Origin: SAR86 cluster bacterium AG-390-O18
GTDB taxonomy: Bacteria; Pseudomonadota; Gammaproteobacteria; Magnimaribacterales; AG-339-G14
Length of the DNA: 64,000 bases
Assembly (NCBI GenBank): GCA_003279605.1
Contig: QCHF01000002.1
Span: 321,586-385,585 of the forward strand
Direction: 5' to 3'
Under the pieces are notes generated by a model, which ran no database searches, was not told where the DNA came from, and saw only the letters and a list, made by a program, of their open reading frames with translations. Shown here piece by piece: positions 1 through 9,006 of this stretch (positions within the stretch are counted from its first letter, which is position 1; every line of letters starts with the position of its first letter). The position numbers were made by a program, and so were the translations under genes.

Positions 1-178
1 CAGTATTGCCCATAAAGACAAATTTAAAATCAGGATGCGTGAGTTCCTGCGCTTCCAAAGGATTTGCCGATAACGCTAGGTCTAGAAAATCACCTGCCAT
101 TTTTTTATTGGCATCCACATTATTGCTACAGGCAGAAAATATCATCGCCACAGCGAATAGATAAATTAATTGTTTCAT
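1..178 (-). CDS. Predicted lipoprotein, possibly SnoaL/NTF2-like (partial, runs off left edge)
   Basis: Hand translation MKQLIYLFAVAMIFSAC-SNNVDANKKMAGDFLDLALSANPLEAQELTHPDFKF...; lipobox FSAC; AGGAG upstream of ATG. The fold guess rests on the N-terminal pattern only. Confidence 0.6.
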   Translation of the reverse strand, partial: MKQLIYLFAVAMIFSACSNNVDANKKMAGDFLDLALSANPLEAQELTHPDFKFVFMGNT

Positions 179-262
179 TGAAAGTCTCCTAAAGAATTTA
201 GTGTACTTTATAAGAAGTCATATCTTCAATGGAATTGATGGGTTCAATGAAGGAGTTTGAAT

Positions 263-1150
263 TTATTCTTCTTTTAAATCTTCTGTGCCTCTGTTTAATT
301 CTCGACCTAAAACATTGATTCTGGTTTGCAGAGAGGAAACTTCTTTGATGGAAGCTTCTAGCTTTTTTGTAACTGCTTCAGTGCTTTTATCAAAGCTATC
401 AAACTGCGTTTTTATTCTTCTTACAACTTCAGCAACTTTTTCAGCTGTTTCATTGAGCTGCAGATAGTGATGTCCGATTCTGATGGTATCTAGAAAAGCA
501 GCCAAAGTATTTGGTCCTTGGATGAGAACTTTTTTTTCTGCTAAACAATCTTGTCTTAGGTTTTCAATATCATCTACCAAGTCAATAAGTTTTTCAGAGG
601 CAATATAAAGAACCGCATAATTGGAAGTTGTGTTTTGTCTGATATATTTCGATGCTATATCATCAGCATCTCTCAAAATGGCGGTTCTTAAATCTCGCAA
701 AACATTCCCACGCTCATTGTCACGACTGGCTTCTTGATATTGCTTGTACTGACCGGCATAAAATTTCGAATCAATTGGTATCGTTAAGCCGTCTGCAGTT
801 TTGACCGCACAATCTACGCGGTCTTGAGTTTCTTTGTTTATTTGAGCTTGAAAGTTGTAGCTTCCATCCGGCAATATTTCTTTGACAATCGATTCAAGAT
901 TCCACTCTCCCAATCTACCGGTAGTGACATTTCCACCCAGAAATCTATTGAGCTCATTGATAGGCGTCGTTACTGAAGCCAATTGATTTTCAATTTCATT
1001 GAGATCTTTGGAGACCGAATCGATTTTATTTTCCAAGTTTTCTGACTTTCCAGATTCGATGGTCTTTTGATCTCTAAGTTTAAGAAAAATATAGACCACA
1101 ATCGCAAGCGTGCATATGGATAAAATTAAGGTCAGGATGGATAAGTCCAT
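263..1150 (-). CDS. rmuC: RmuC family DNA recombination protein (short form)
   Basis: N-terminal TM helix, coiled coil, then GxLGEWNLE and RVDCAVK...IPIDSKF nuclease-like motifs. Confidence 0.8.
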   Translation of the reverse strand: MDLSILTLILSICTLAIVVYIFLKLRDQKTIESGKSENLENKIDSVSKDLNEIENQLASVTTPINELNRFLGGNVTTGRLGEWNLESIVKEILPDGSYNFQAQINKETQDRVDCAVKTADGLTIPIDSKFYAGQYKQYQEASRDNERGNVLRDLRTAILRDADDIASKYIRQNTTSNYAVLYIASEKLIDLVDDIENLRQDCLAEKKVLIQGPNTLAAFLDTIRIGHHYLQLNETAEKVAEVVRRIKTQFDSFDKSTEAVTKKLEASIKEVSSLQTRINVLGRELNRGTEDLKEE

Positions 1151-1635
1151 TAGAACTGCGCTTTGAATTGTCTAATTGAGACCAAAAAGATTAAAGAACA
1201 ACAAATTAGGACCCACCCTGGGATGGAAATTCCCAAAAGACTCCACATTACTTCAGCGCAATTGCCATCGCCAATGAAAAGTTGAATCAATGCGTCTGAA
1301 ATGAAGTCATTTTCTAGAAGATAATTTAAATCAGGTCCGCAAGATGGAACTCTATCTGGCGGTAATGATTGCAGATATAAATGCCTTACGGCGGAGGCAC
1401 CTCCTACTAGACTAAAAAAACCTGTTAAGGCCAAGTAAAACTTGCCTAAATTGTTATGCAGTATGCCAATCAGAGCTACAGCTCCAGCTAGGGCAACAGC
1501 TATTCTTTGCACGATACACATGGGACAAGGTTCGAGCCCAAGTTGGTATTCCATGTAAAATGCGGTGGCAATTAAACCGATGCAAGCAAGCAAAATTAAA
1601 GTTAAAACAACACGCGTTTCTTGCAGCAAATTCAT
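1150..1635 (-). CDS. dsbB: Disulfide bond formation protein DsbB
   Basis: LEPCPMCIVQR and second cysteine pair PSCG...GNCAEVMWSLLGISIPGW; four TM segments. Confidence 0.93.
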   Translation of the reverse strand: MNLLQETRVVLTLILLACIGLIATAFYMEYQLGLEPCPMCIVQRIAVALAGAVALIGILHNNLGKFYLALTGFFSLVGGASAVRHLYLQSLPPDRVPSCGPDLNYLLENDFISDALIQLFIGDGNCAEVMWSLLGISIPGWVLICCSLIFLVSIRQFKAQF

Positions 1636-1641
1636 GGTATA

Positions 1642-1647
1642 AGTATA
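1642..1647 (-). promoter_or_regulatory. Putative -10 element (TATACT) 6 nt before dsbB ATG; leaderless architecture
   Basis: Minus strand reads cgtTATACTtataccATG; no SD. Confidence 0.5.
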
Positions 1648-1670
1648 ACGAAATTTAGGTAAAAAATTTT

Positions 1671-4376
1671 ATGGCTAAACCAGAAAGCACCGCAGATACT
1701 GACTCCGTCATTCTTATCGATGGGTCTTCTTATGTGTATCGTGCCTATCATGCTTTACCGCCCTTAACGACTTCTTCTGGACAGCCAACCGGAGCAGTCA
1801 GAGGAGTGACTACAATGGTGATGCGAATCTTAGAAGACCATCCAAATTCACCTATTGGGATGATCTTTGATGCCAAAGGCGATACTTTTCGCCACGACAT
1901 GTTCAAAGAATACAAAGCCAATCGACCGCCGATGCCAGACGATTTACGTCCGCAAATTCAACCCATTTACGACATTGTTGAGGCCTTAGGTATCAAGATT
2001 TTTGTAGTTGATAATGTCGAGGCCGATGATGTGATTGGCACGCTTGCTAAGCAAGCTGAAGAAAAGGGCATTTCGACTGTGATTTCCACTGGCGATAAAG
2101 ACTTGGCACAACTCGTAACCAAAAATATTAAATTGGTGAATACCATGACCAACGAAGTTCTCGATCAAAAAGGTGTGGAGAAAAAGTTTGGCGTAACCCC
2201 AGAACAAATCATCGATTACTTGGCACTTGTTGGGGACACCTCGGATAACATTCCAGGGGTAAATAAAGTCGGTCCCAAAACTGCGGTCAACTGGTTAAGC
2301 AAATATGGAACGGTTGAAACCATCATTGAAAAAGCTGAAGAAATTACCGGTAAGGTTGGTGAATACTTACGCGAAGGCATTGAGCAACTCAAACTTTCAC
2401 AACAATTAACGACCATCAAAAAAGATGTCGCGTTGGATTTCGGGATTGAGGACCTGGCAGTAGGAGAAACCGATCAAGCTAAATTGCACAAGCTATTTAC
2501 CGAACTGGAATTTAAGACTTTATTAAAAAGCGCCGAAACAAAAAAAACTCCAGCAACAAGCTCCAATGGCTCTGCTTCAAAAGACAATTACCGTGCCATT
2601 CTGAGTAAAAAAGATTTGGATGGTCTCATTAAGGAATTGAAAAAAGCCAAAGTCTTGGCCTTTGATACCGAAACGGATTCCTTGGATTTTACTCAAGCCA
2701 ACTTGGTCGGCTTATCAGTTGCAACAGACGAAGACAATGCATACTACATTCCGGTTGGTCATGATTACGAGGGTGCACCCAAGCAACTCGATCGAGACGA
2801 GGTTTTAAAAAAACTCAAACCAATCATTGAGAAAACTCCTTTAATTGGCCAACACTTAAAATTCGATCGTAATGTTTTAGCAAATTACGATATCCATTTG
2901 AATGCCATTGAAAATGACACCATGTTGATGTCTTACGTCTATGATCCAACTGCGACCCGTCATAATTTGGATGCCATGGCGAGTCATTATTTAAATGTCA
3001 AAACCACAACTTTTGAGGATGTTGCAGGTAAGGGCGTCAAACAACTTACTTTCAATCAGATACCTTTGGAAAAAGCGAGCGATTACGCAGCAGAAGATGC
3101 GGATATCACTTTCCGTTGCTATTCCCATTTGAAACCAGCTTTAGCAAAGACGCCTTCTTTGGAAAAAGTTTTGCATGAAATTGAATTACCTTTGGTGCCG
3201 GTGCTCTCCGATATGGAACAAGCCGGGACTTTAGTTAATGAAGAAGCATTAAAAATTCAATCCAATAATTTAGGACAACGGATCAGTGGGCTTGAAGAAC
3301 AAGCTTATCGAGAAGCAGGAAAGGAATTCAACTTGGCTTCTACCAAAGATTTAAGAGCAATTTTCTTTGATGAGATGGAATTGCCGGTCGTGAAAAAAAC
3401 TCCTGGCGGCCAACCTTCTACCGATGAGTCGGTTTTACAAGAATTAGCCAATCATTATGAATTACCTAAAATTCTCTTGGAACATCGTACTTTGGCAAAA
3501 TTGAAAAGTACTTACACCGATAGTCTGCCGCAACAAATATCGAAAAAGACAGGTCGCGTGCATACTTCCTTTCATCAAGCTGTGACTTCAACTGGGAGAT
3601 TGTCTTCTGCCGATCCCAATTTACAAAACATCCCTATCAAAACCGATGAAGGCAGACTTATCAGAACGGCTTTTGTCGCGCCCGAGGGATATCAATTGCT
3701 AGCAGTTGATTATTCGCAAATTGAACTACGCATCATGGCGCATCTTTCTGAAGATAAAGGTCTCATTACCGCATTCGAAAATGGTGAAGACATTCATTCT
3801 GTTACAGCGGCAGAGGTCTTTGCTGAACCAGGAGAGGAGGTCACTACAGAACAACGTCGCGGAGCCAAAGCAATCAACTTCGGTTTGATCTATGGCATGT
3901 CAGCTTTTGGCTTGAGTAAAGCTTTGAATATTTCAAGACCCCTAGCAGCAGACTATATCGATTCATATTTTCACAAATATCCTGGCGTTAAATTGTATAT
4001 GGAACGAACCAAGGAGCTTGCTAAAGAGAAAGGTTATGTTGAAACCTTTTTTGGCAGACGACTTTATTTACCTGGAATCCATAGCGGGCGCAGTCGAATG
4101 GCTGCAGAGAGGGCAGCAATCAATGCACCTATGCAAGGAACTGCTGCTGACATCATGAAAATTGCGATGATTGAAATTCATGAGTGGCTGGCCAAAGGCA
4201 AAGTTGATGCTCGGATGATCATGCAAGTTCACGATGAAGTGATTTTGGAGGTCAAAGATCAAGACGCTTCCAAAGTCGAACAAGAAGTTTCAAAAATCAT
4301 GCAAGATGCAGCGAAATTGAAAGTACCTTTGGAAGTTGAAAGCGGCCTAGCTTCCAATTGGGGTGAAGCCCACTAG
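1671..4376 (+). CDS. polA: DNA polymerase I
   Basis: 5'-3' exo (LIDGSSYVYRAYHA, EADDVIGT), 3'-5' exo (FDTET) and polymerase motifs (DYSQIELR, KAINFGLIYG, QVHDE). Confidence 0.99.
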   Translation: MAKPESTADTDSVILIDGSSYVYRAYHALPPLTTSSGQPTGAVRGVTTMVMRILEDHPNSPIGMIFDAKGDTFRHDMFKEYKANRPPMPDDLRPQIQPIYDIVEALGIKIFVVDNVEADDVIGTLAKQAEEKGISTVISTGDKDLAQLVTKNIKLVNTMTNEVLDQKGVEKKFGVTPEQIIDYLALVGDTSDNIPGVNKVGPKTAVNWLSKYGTVETIIEKAEEITGKVGEYLREGIEQLKLSQQLTTIKKDVALDFGIEDLAVGETDQAKLHKLFTELEFKTLLKSAETKKTPATSSNGSASKDNYRAILSKKDLDGLIKELKKAKVLAFDTETDSLDFTQANLVGLSVATDEDNAYYIPVGHDYEGAPKQLDRDEVLKKLKPIIEKTPLIGQHLKFDRNVLANYDIHLNAIENDTMLMSYVYDPTATRHNLDAMASHYLNVKTTTFEDVAGKGVKQLTFNQIPLEKASDYAAEDADITFRCYSHLKPALAKTPSLEKVLHEIELPLVPVLSDMEQAGTLVNEEALKIQSNNLGQRISGLEEQAYREAGKEFNLASTKDLRAIFFDEMELPVVKKTPGGQPSTDESVLQELANHYELPKILLEHRTLAKLKSTYTDSLPQQISKKTGRVHTSFHQAVTSTGRLSSADPNLQNIPIKTDEGRLIRTAFVAPEGYQLLAVDYSQIELRIMAHLSEDKGLITAFENGEDIHSVTAAEVFAEPGEEVTTEQRRGAKAINFGLIYGMSAFGLSKALNISRPLAADYIDSYFHKYPGVKLYMERTKELAKEKGYVETFFGRRLYLPGIHSGRSRMAAERAAINAPMQGTAADIMKIAMIEIHEWLAKGKVDARMIMQVHDEVILEVKDQDASKVEQEVSKIMQDAAKLKVPLEVESGLASNWGEAH

Positions 4377-4381
4377 TTCAA

Positions 4382-4408
4382 GAACTTTTTCAAACATCCT
4401 CAGTCTAA
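4382..4408 (+). promoter_or_regulatory. Putative sigmaE/AlgU-type promoter
   Basis: GAACTT (4382-4387), 16-nt spacer, TCTAA (4404-4408); matches the ECF sigmaE/AlgU consensus GAACTT-N16/17-TCTRA. Confidence 0.65.
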
Positions 4409-4413
4409 ATATC

Positions 4414-4492
4414 GTTCTCCTAAAAAATAAGGAAATACATAATCCTTGTGGCCCGTCAGCATCTCTCTCCCCTGAAAACTGCTGACGGGTTT
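4414..4492 (+). ncRNA. Candidate sigmaE-dependent small RNA at the polA-engB (Spot 42/ErsA) locus
   Basis: Follows the sigmaE-like promoter; 5' UUCUCCU, A-rich tract, perfect 10-bp stem cccgtcagca/tgctgacggg (4452-4461/4480-4489) with an 18-nt C/U-rich loop, then a short U run. Ends approximate. Confidence 0.6.
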
Positions 4493-5099
4493 AAACTTCT
4501 AAAAGCAGTTTAATTTTATTTAACAAAGTTTCCAAACCTATTTTTTTGGTTGCAGAAAATACAAGTGAGTCGACAATGGCTGGGTAATCAGCCATTTTTT
4601 CCGAGACAACTTTAAGAGTATTTTGGGTTTCTTTATTATTAAGTTTATCGGCTTTGGTCAAAACCAAATGAATGGGTAAATTCAACGAATTGCAAAGACT
4701 TAAAAATTCCAAATCTTTATTTTGAAAAGGGTGACGCATGTCCATGATCAAAATCAAATCGCTTAGCGCTGCTCTTTTCTCCAAATAACTCATAATCAAT
4801 CTGGCCCAAGCATTTTGATCTTGCTTGCTGGCTTTTGCGTAACCAAAACCTGGCAGATCGACTATTTTTTTCGCTTCGTCATTCTCCAAATGAAAAAAAT
4901 TTATGGATTGGGTTCTCCCTGGGGTATTGGAGGTTTTGGCTAATTTTTTTTGATTAGCCAAAGCATTAATCAAAGTAGATTTTCCGGAATTTGATCTGCC
5001 GCAAAGAGCTATTTCATTACCTGAATCATGAGGGAAAAGCTTGCTTTCCGTCGCAGCACAAGCAAAGGTTAGAGGCAAAGGTTTTGACTTATAACTCAT
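4491..5099 (-). CDS. engB: Ribosome biogenesis GTP-binding protein EngB/YihA
   Basis: G1 GRSNSGKS, SNTPGRTQSINFF, G3 DLPGFG, G4 TKADK. Confidence 0.96.
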   Translation of the reverse strand: MSYKSKPLPLTFACAATESKLFPHDSGNEIALCGRSNSGKSTLINALANQKKLAKTSNTPGRTQSINFFHLENDEAKKIVDLPGFGYAKASKQDQNAWARLIMSYLEKRAALSDLILIMDMRHPFQNKDLEFLSLCNSLNLPIHLVLTKADKLNNKETQNTLKVVSEKMADYPAIVDSLVFSATKKIGLETLLNKIKLLLEV

Positions 5100-5172
5100 T
5101 CTTCTAAAATCAGGAAAAACAATATTCTATAGTATATAATTGCCAACCACTTAGCCCACTAATAAAGAATAA

Positions 5173-5814
5173 ATGATAAAAAAATTTTTACTTCTATCGT
5201 TTTTGGTAAGTTCCTTTAGCGTTTTTGCAGCTGCTGCTGGAGAAATGGCTGAGGCCAAACCAATGAAAAGAGGGGATGCAGAAAAGGGTTCAAAACTTGT
5301 TGGTACTTGTGTTGCTTGTCATGGCGTCGACGGAAATAGTGTTGTGGGCCAGTGGCCAACTTTAGCCGGCCAAAGAGAAAGTTATCTTTTTGAGCAACTT
5401 GAGCACATCAGAGATGAAGAGCGAGTTATCGCTGTTATGAAAGGCCTTTTGAATAATTATTCCGACAATGATTTGAGAGACATGGCGGCTTTTTACGCAA
5501 GCCAAAAAACCAAAGTCGGCCAAGCAGATGAAACAACTTTAGAATTAGGCCAACAAATTTATCGAGCTGGAAACTTGGCTTCAGGTGTACCGGCTTGTAC
5601 CGGTTGTCATGGGCCTGCAGGTAAAGGCTTAGAGTCAGCGCAATACCCAATGCTCGGCGGTCAAAAGGCCGAATACGTAGTCACAAGTTTAATTGCTTAT
5701 CAAACTGGAGAGAGAGCTATCGACGAACACGGCAAAATTATGCAAGGAATAGCTTCAAGACTTACCATCGAAGAGATTAGAGCGGTCGCCAATTATGTTT
5801 CAGGCCTTTACTAA
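5173..5814 (+). CDS. Diheme cytochrome c4
   Basis: Signal peptide; two CxxCH motifs (CVACH, CTGCH); conserved engB/c4/dsbA context. Confidence 0.92.
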   Translation: MIKKFLLLSFLVSSFSVFAAAAGEMAEAKPMKRGDAEKGSKLVGTCVACHGVDGNSVVGQWPTLAGQRESYLFEQLEHIRDEERVIAVMKGLLNNYSDNDLRDMAAFYASQKTKVGQADETTLELGQQIYRAGNLASGVPACTGCHGPAGKGLESAQYPMLGGQKAEYVVTSLIAYQTGERAIDEHGKIMQGIASRLTIEEIRAVANYVSGLY

Positions 5815-6418
5815 AAAACTTTTTCTAGTCTTTATCTTCTCAGTCAGTTCAGCATTGATTGCAGAAGATTATCAACCAGGTAAACATTACCAGATTTTAT
5901 CTGAACCCATCGCTACTAGAGACCCAAAAAAAATCGAAGTCATCGAATTCTTCTGGTTTGGGTGTGGACATTGTTACAGTTTAGAAAATCAACTTAATAG
6001 CTGGGAGAAGAAACTTCCTGTAGATGTAGATTTTTGGCGTTCACCTATTACTTGGAACGAAATGGCTAAAACGCATGCCAAATTATTTTATGCTTCGGAA
6101 TTTTTCAAAAATCCTGCAATCATTAGAGAAACTTTTTTATCTATTCATGCCAATCAACGCATGATGACTTCTGACAAAGAGTTACAACCTTTTTTTGCAA
6201 GCTTCGGCATTGCTGAAGATCAATACCAATCTTTATTTAATTCTTTTGCTATGCAGAACAAAATACGAAGAGCAGATACCTTTGGGCTCAAATATGAAAT
6301 CCGCGGAGTACCTGCTTTTATTGTCAACGGAAAATACAAAGTATCAGCTTCTCGACAAGTTGGAACTTCCGAACTTTTGGATGTTGTTGATTACCTTATT
6401 AACTTAGAAAGGAAATAA
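5795..6418 (+). CDS. dsbA: Thiol:disulfide interchange protein DsbA
   Basis: Signal peptide, EFFWFGCGHCY active site, GVPAFIVNGKY cis-Pro loop. Confidence 0.93.
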   Translation: MFQAFTKKLFLVFIFSVSSALIAEDYQPGKHYQILSEPIATRDPKKIEVIEFFWFGCGHCYSLENQLNSWEKKLPVDVDFWRSPITWNEMAKTHAKLFYASEFFKNPAIIRETFLSIHANQRMMTSDKELQPFFASFGIAEDQYQSLFNSFAMQNKIRRADTFGLKYEIRGVPAFIVNGKYKVSASRQVGTSELLDVVDYLINLERK

Positions 6419-6419
6419 T

Positions 6420-7247
6420 ATGAGATACAAATCAAACCTGTTCATTCCAGGCCATACGCTCGATCGTTTGGATCGAGGTCTTAATAGCAATGCGAGCGCT
6501 CTGATTATCGATCTTGAAGACGGTTGTCCAGAAGATAAAAAAATCGATGCACGTGAAGAATTGATTGGTCTCTTAAAAAAAGGGAACGTATTTACCAAAC
6601 CATTATTTGTCAGAGTCAACGATGCTATGAATGAAAATGGCAGACAGGATATTGATGCTTTATCGGATTTTGAAGATCAAATTGAGGCTATCATCCTTCC
6701 TAAAACACAAAGTTTTGATTTCTTAGCAACGCTTGCGCCAATGATCGCTTTTGAAAATAAACTAGTTCCTTTAATCGAGACGCCAAGAGCAGTCGATACC
6801 GTTACACAAATAGCAGCATTTAAAGGAGTTATCGGTCTATTCTTTGGAGCGGCTGATTTTTCTGCAGGCATGGGTTCTAAATTAGCTTGGGAACCGCTTT
6901 TGTATGCTCGGCATAAAGTTGCCTTGGCTGCTGCAATGTACAACCTCTTTACCATAGATGCACCATTTTTCTACATCGATAATGAAGAAGGACTTATAGA
7001 AGAGGCTGAAAAAGTGAAGAATCTGGGCTTTACAGGAAAAGCAGCAATTCATCCTTCGCAAATCGACTTCATCAATGATGCATTTGAACCTACCAAAGAA
7101 GAAAAAGAAGAAGCTAAAAAGGTTCTCGAGGAATACCAAAAGATGGATGGCGGAGCTGTTAAAATAGATGGCAAAATGGTCGACGAGCCCATTGCCGAAG
7201 CGATGCGTTTAAAATTATCTCTAGGAGATAAAGAAAAGGAGGACTAG
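6420..7247 (+). CDS. CitE-like (HpcH/HpaI) CoA-ester lyase; candidate (S)-citramalyl-CoA lyase
   Basis: IIDLEDG, LIETP, FFGAADF, WEPL, IDAPFF, GKAAIHPSQI, GKMVDEP motifs of the CitE family; recalled resemblance to Yersinia RipC. Confidence 0.8.
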   Translation: MRYKSNLFIPGHTLDRLDRGLNSNASALIIDLEDGCPEDKKIDAREELIGLLKKGNVFTKPLFVRVNDAMNENGRQDIDALSDFEDQIEAIILPKTQSFDFLATLAPMIAFENKLVPLIETPRAVDTVTQIAAFKGVIGLFFGAADFSAGMGSKLAWEPLLYARHKVALAAAMYNLFTIDAPFFYIDNEEGLIEEAEKVKNLGFTGKAAIHPSQIDFINDAFEPTKEEKEEAKKVLEEYQKMDGGAVKIDGKMVDEPIAEAMRLKLSLGDKEKED

Positions 7248-7248
7248 C

Positions 7249-7767
7249 ATGTCAAAGTCCAGCAAAGATTTAGGAAACAATAGATTTAGAGAATCCTTCG
7301 GTCGTTATTTTGAAGAATTTGAAGTAGGTCATGTATACGAACATCGTCCTGGCAGAACCATTACCGAGTCGGACAATACTTGGTTTACGCTTTTAACTAT
7401 GAATACTCATCCTCTGCATTTTGATAAGGAGTATGGTAAGGCAACAGAATTTGGGAAAAATTTAGTCAACAGTACGTTCACCGTATCTGTGATGGTTGGT
7501 ATGAGTGTGAGTGATATCAGTCAAAAAGCCATAGCCAATCTTGGCTGGACCGACATTGTGCTTCCACATCCATTATTTGTCGGCGATACTTTATATGCTG
7601 AGTCAGAAGTTTTAGAAACGCGTCTTTCCGAATCAAGGAAAAATGCTGGCATTGTCACTGTAAAAACAATTGGTAAGAATCAAAATGGGGATGTTGTAGC
7701 TTCCTTCAAACGCTCAGCTTTAATTCCAACCAAGGGACATGCTGTAGACGATAAGATCGATTATTAA
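7249..7767 (+). CDS. MaoC-like hot-dog hydratase; candidate itaconyl-CoA hydratase
   Basis: FEEFEVG..YEHRPGRTI..DN.W.TLL..N..PLHFD hydratase motif, ANLGW, HPLFVGDTLYAES; recalled resemblance to Yersinia RipB; AGGAGG SD. Confidence 0.8.
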   Translation: MSKSSKDLGNNRFRESFGRYFEEFEVGHVYEHRPGRTITESDNTWFTLLTMNTHPLHFDKEYGKATEFGKNLVNSTFTVSVMVGMSVSDISQKAIANLGWTDIVLPHPLFVGDTLYAESEVLETRLSESRKNAGIVTVKTIGKNQNGDVVASFKRSALIPTKGHAVDDKIDY

Positions 7768-7768
7768 G

Positions 7769-8938
7769 TTGAAGCAATCTTTAAAAGGCATAAAAGTTCT
7801 CGATTTAACCCACATGTTGGCAGGTCCTTACACGACTATGGTTCTAGCTGATTTGGGCGCCGAAGTTGTAAAAATAGAGCAACCAAAGACAGGCGACATT
7901 ACCAGAAATCTTTTGAAAGACGATCCAAAGTATTCTTTGGATGGGATCGGAGCATATCATCTAACTTTAGGTAGGAATAAAAAAAGCGTTGAATTGGATC
8001 TCAAATCTGAAGATGGCTCAAAACTTTTCAAAGAGTTAGTCTCTGTTGCAGATGTTGTTGTGGATAATTTCAGTCAAGGCGTAACGAAGCGTTTGGGTAT
8101 AGATCATCAAAGCTTGAAAAAAGTTAATCCAAAAATCATTACCTGTTCAATCAGCGGCTTCGGCGATACTGAAGTAAATCGACCTGCTTATGACAATCTA
8201 ATTCAAGGTTATGCTGGAGCAATGTCCATCACAGGAACAGATAAAGAAAATCCGGTTAAATCTGGCATCCCTATAGCTGACTTAGGTGCTGGACTTTATG
8301 CGGTTATTGGTATTTTAAGCGCTATACATTCTCGAGAAAAAAACGACTTAGGCGAACATGTGGATATTTCTATGCTCGATACCCAGGTAAGTTTATTGAC
8401 ATACATGGCTACTATGCATTTTCTTTCGGGCGAGAATCCTGAGCCGATTGGAAATCAACACATGAATCATGTGCCGTTCAATTCTTATAAAACCTCGGAT
8501 GGCTTTATTCAAATAGGAGTGGTTGCAGAAGATTTTTGGCCTAGCCTGATTGAAGCGCTCGATTTGAGACAATTGGATACTGAAGAAAATAAAGTAAGAA
8601 GTGGACGGTTAAAAAATAGAGAAAATATTGATCAGGCTGTGCAAGAAGTCTTCATTACAAATACGACCGAGTATTGGTTGAAAATATTACAAGAACACCG
8701 AGTCCCTTGCGGACCTATTAATACTCTTTCCGAAACTTTCCAAGATGCTGACCTCTTAAAAAGAAATATGATTGTTGAGGTTCTTCAAGATAGCGGTGCA
8801 TCCGTAAAAATGCCTGGTAACCCAGTAAAAATTTCTAATCATGATGAAGAATTCAGACGCTCACCAAAACTTGGCGAGCATACTTCTGAAATTTTTAAAG
8901 ATTGGTTAAATAAAGATATTTCAGTTGATCAAAATTAA
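7769..8938 (+). CDS. Family III (CaiB/BaiF) CoA-transferase
   Basis: LKGIKVLDLTHMLAGPYTTMVLADLGAEVVKIE, RNKKSVELDLK, catalytic-Asp region GIPIADL, SPKLGEHT; TTG start. Confidence 0.9.
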   Translation: MKQSLKGIKVLDLTHMLAGPYTTMVLADLGAEVVKIEQPKTGDITRNLLKDDPKYSLDGIGAYHLTLGRNKKSVELDLKSEDGSKLFKELVSVADVVVDNFSQGVTKRLGIDHQSLKKVNPKIITCSISGFGDTEVNRPAYDNLIQGYAGAMSITGTDKENPVKSGIPIADLGAGLYAVIGILSAIHSREKNDLGEHVDISMLDTQVSLLTYMATMHFLSGENPEPIGNQHMNHVPFNSYKTSDGFIQIGVVAEDFWPSLIEALDLRQLDTEENKVRSGRLKNRENIDQAVQEVFITNTTEYWLKILQEHRVPCGPINTLSETFQDADLLKRNMIVEVLQDSGASVKMPGNPVKISNHDEEFRRSPKLGEHTSEIFKDWLNKDISVDQN

Positions 8939-9006
8939 GACTTCCCACTCTTTTCAGGAACTATTTAGAGGATTAAACTTAATTGAATTATTCAGGAGAG
9001 AAAAAC

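Noticed and set aside
4212-4214. CGG reassignment after apparent loss of a normal tRNA-Arg(CCG)
   Set aside because: CGG encodes the conserved Arg of RMIMQVHDE in polA; standard meaning fits.
1671-4376. Apparently higher third-position GC in polA (and katG) than in the mrdA/lysA regions
   Set aside because: Based only on a few hand-counted samples; could reflect expression or amino-acid bias. Needs computed GC3 and codon profiles.
4347-4513. Small ORFs in the polA-engB gap (e.g. minus-strand MFEKVLELVGFTPIGS; plus-strand TTG/GTG-started 9 and 21 codons)
   Set aside because: No correctly spaced SD, overlap with polA or engB, and no supporting evidence.
5950-5980. DsbA active site CGHC rather than CPHC
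   Set aside because: CGHC-type variants are a known thioredoxin-fold variation; not informative alone.
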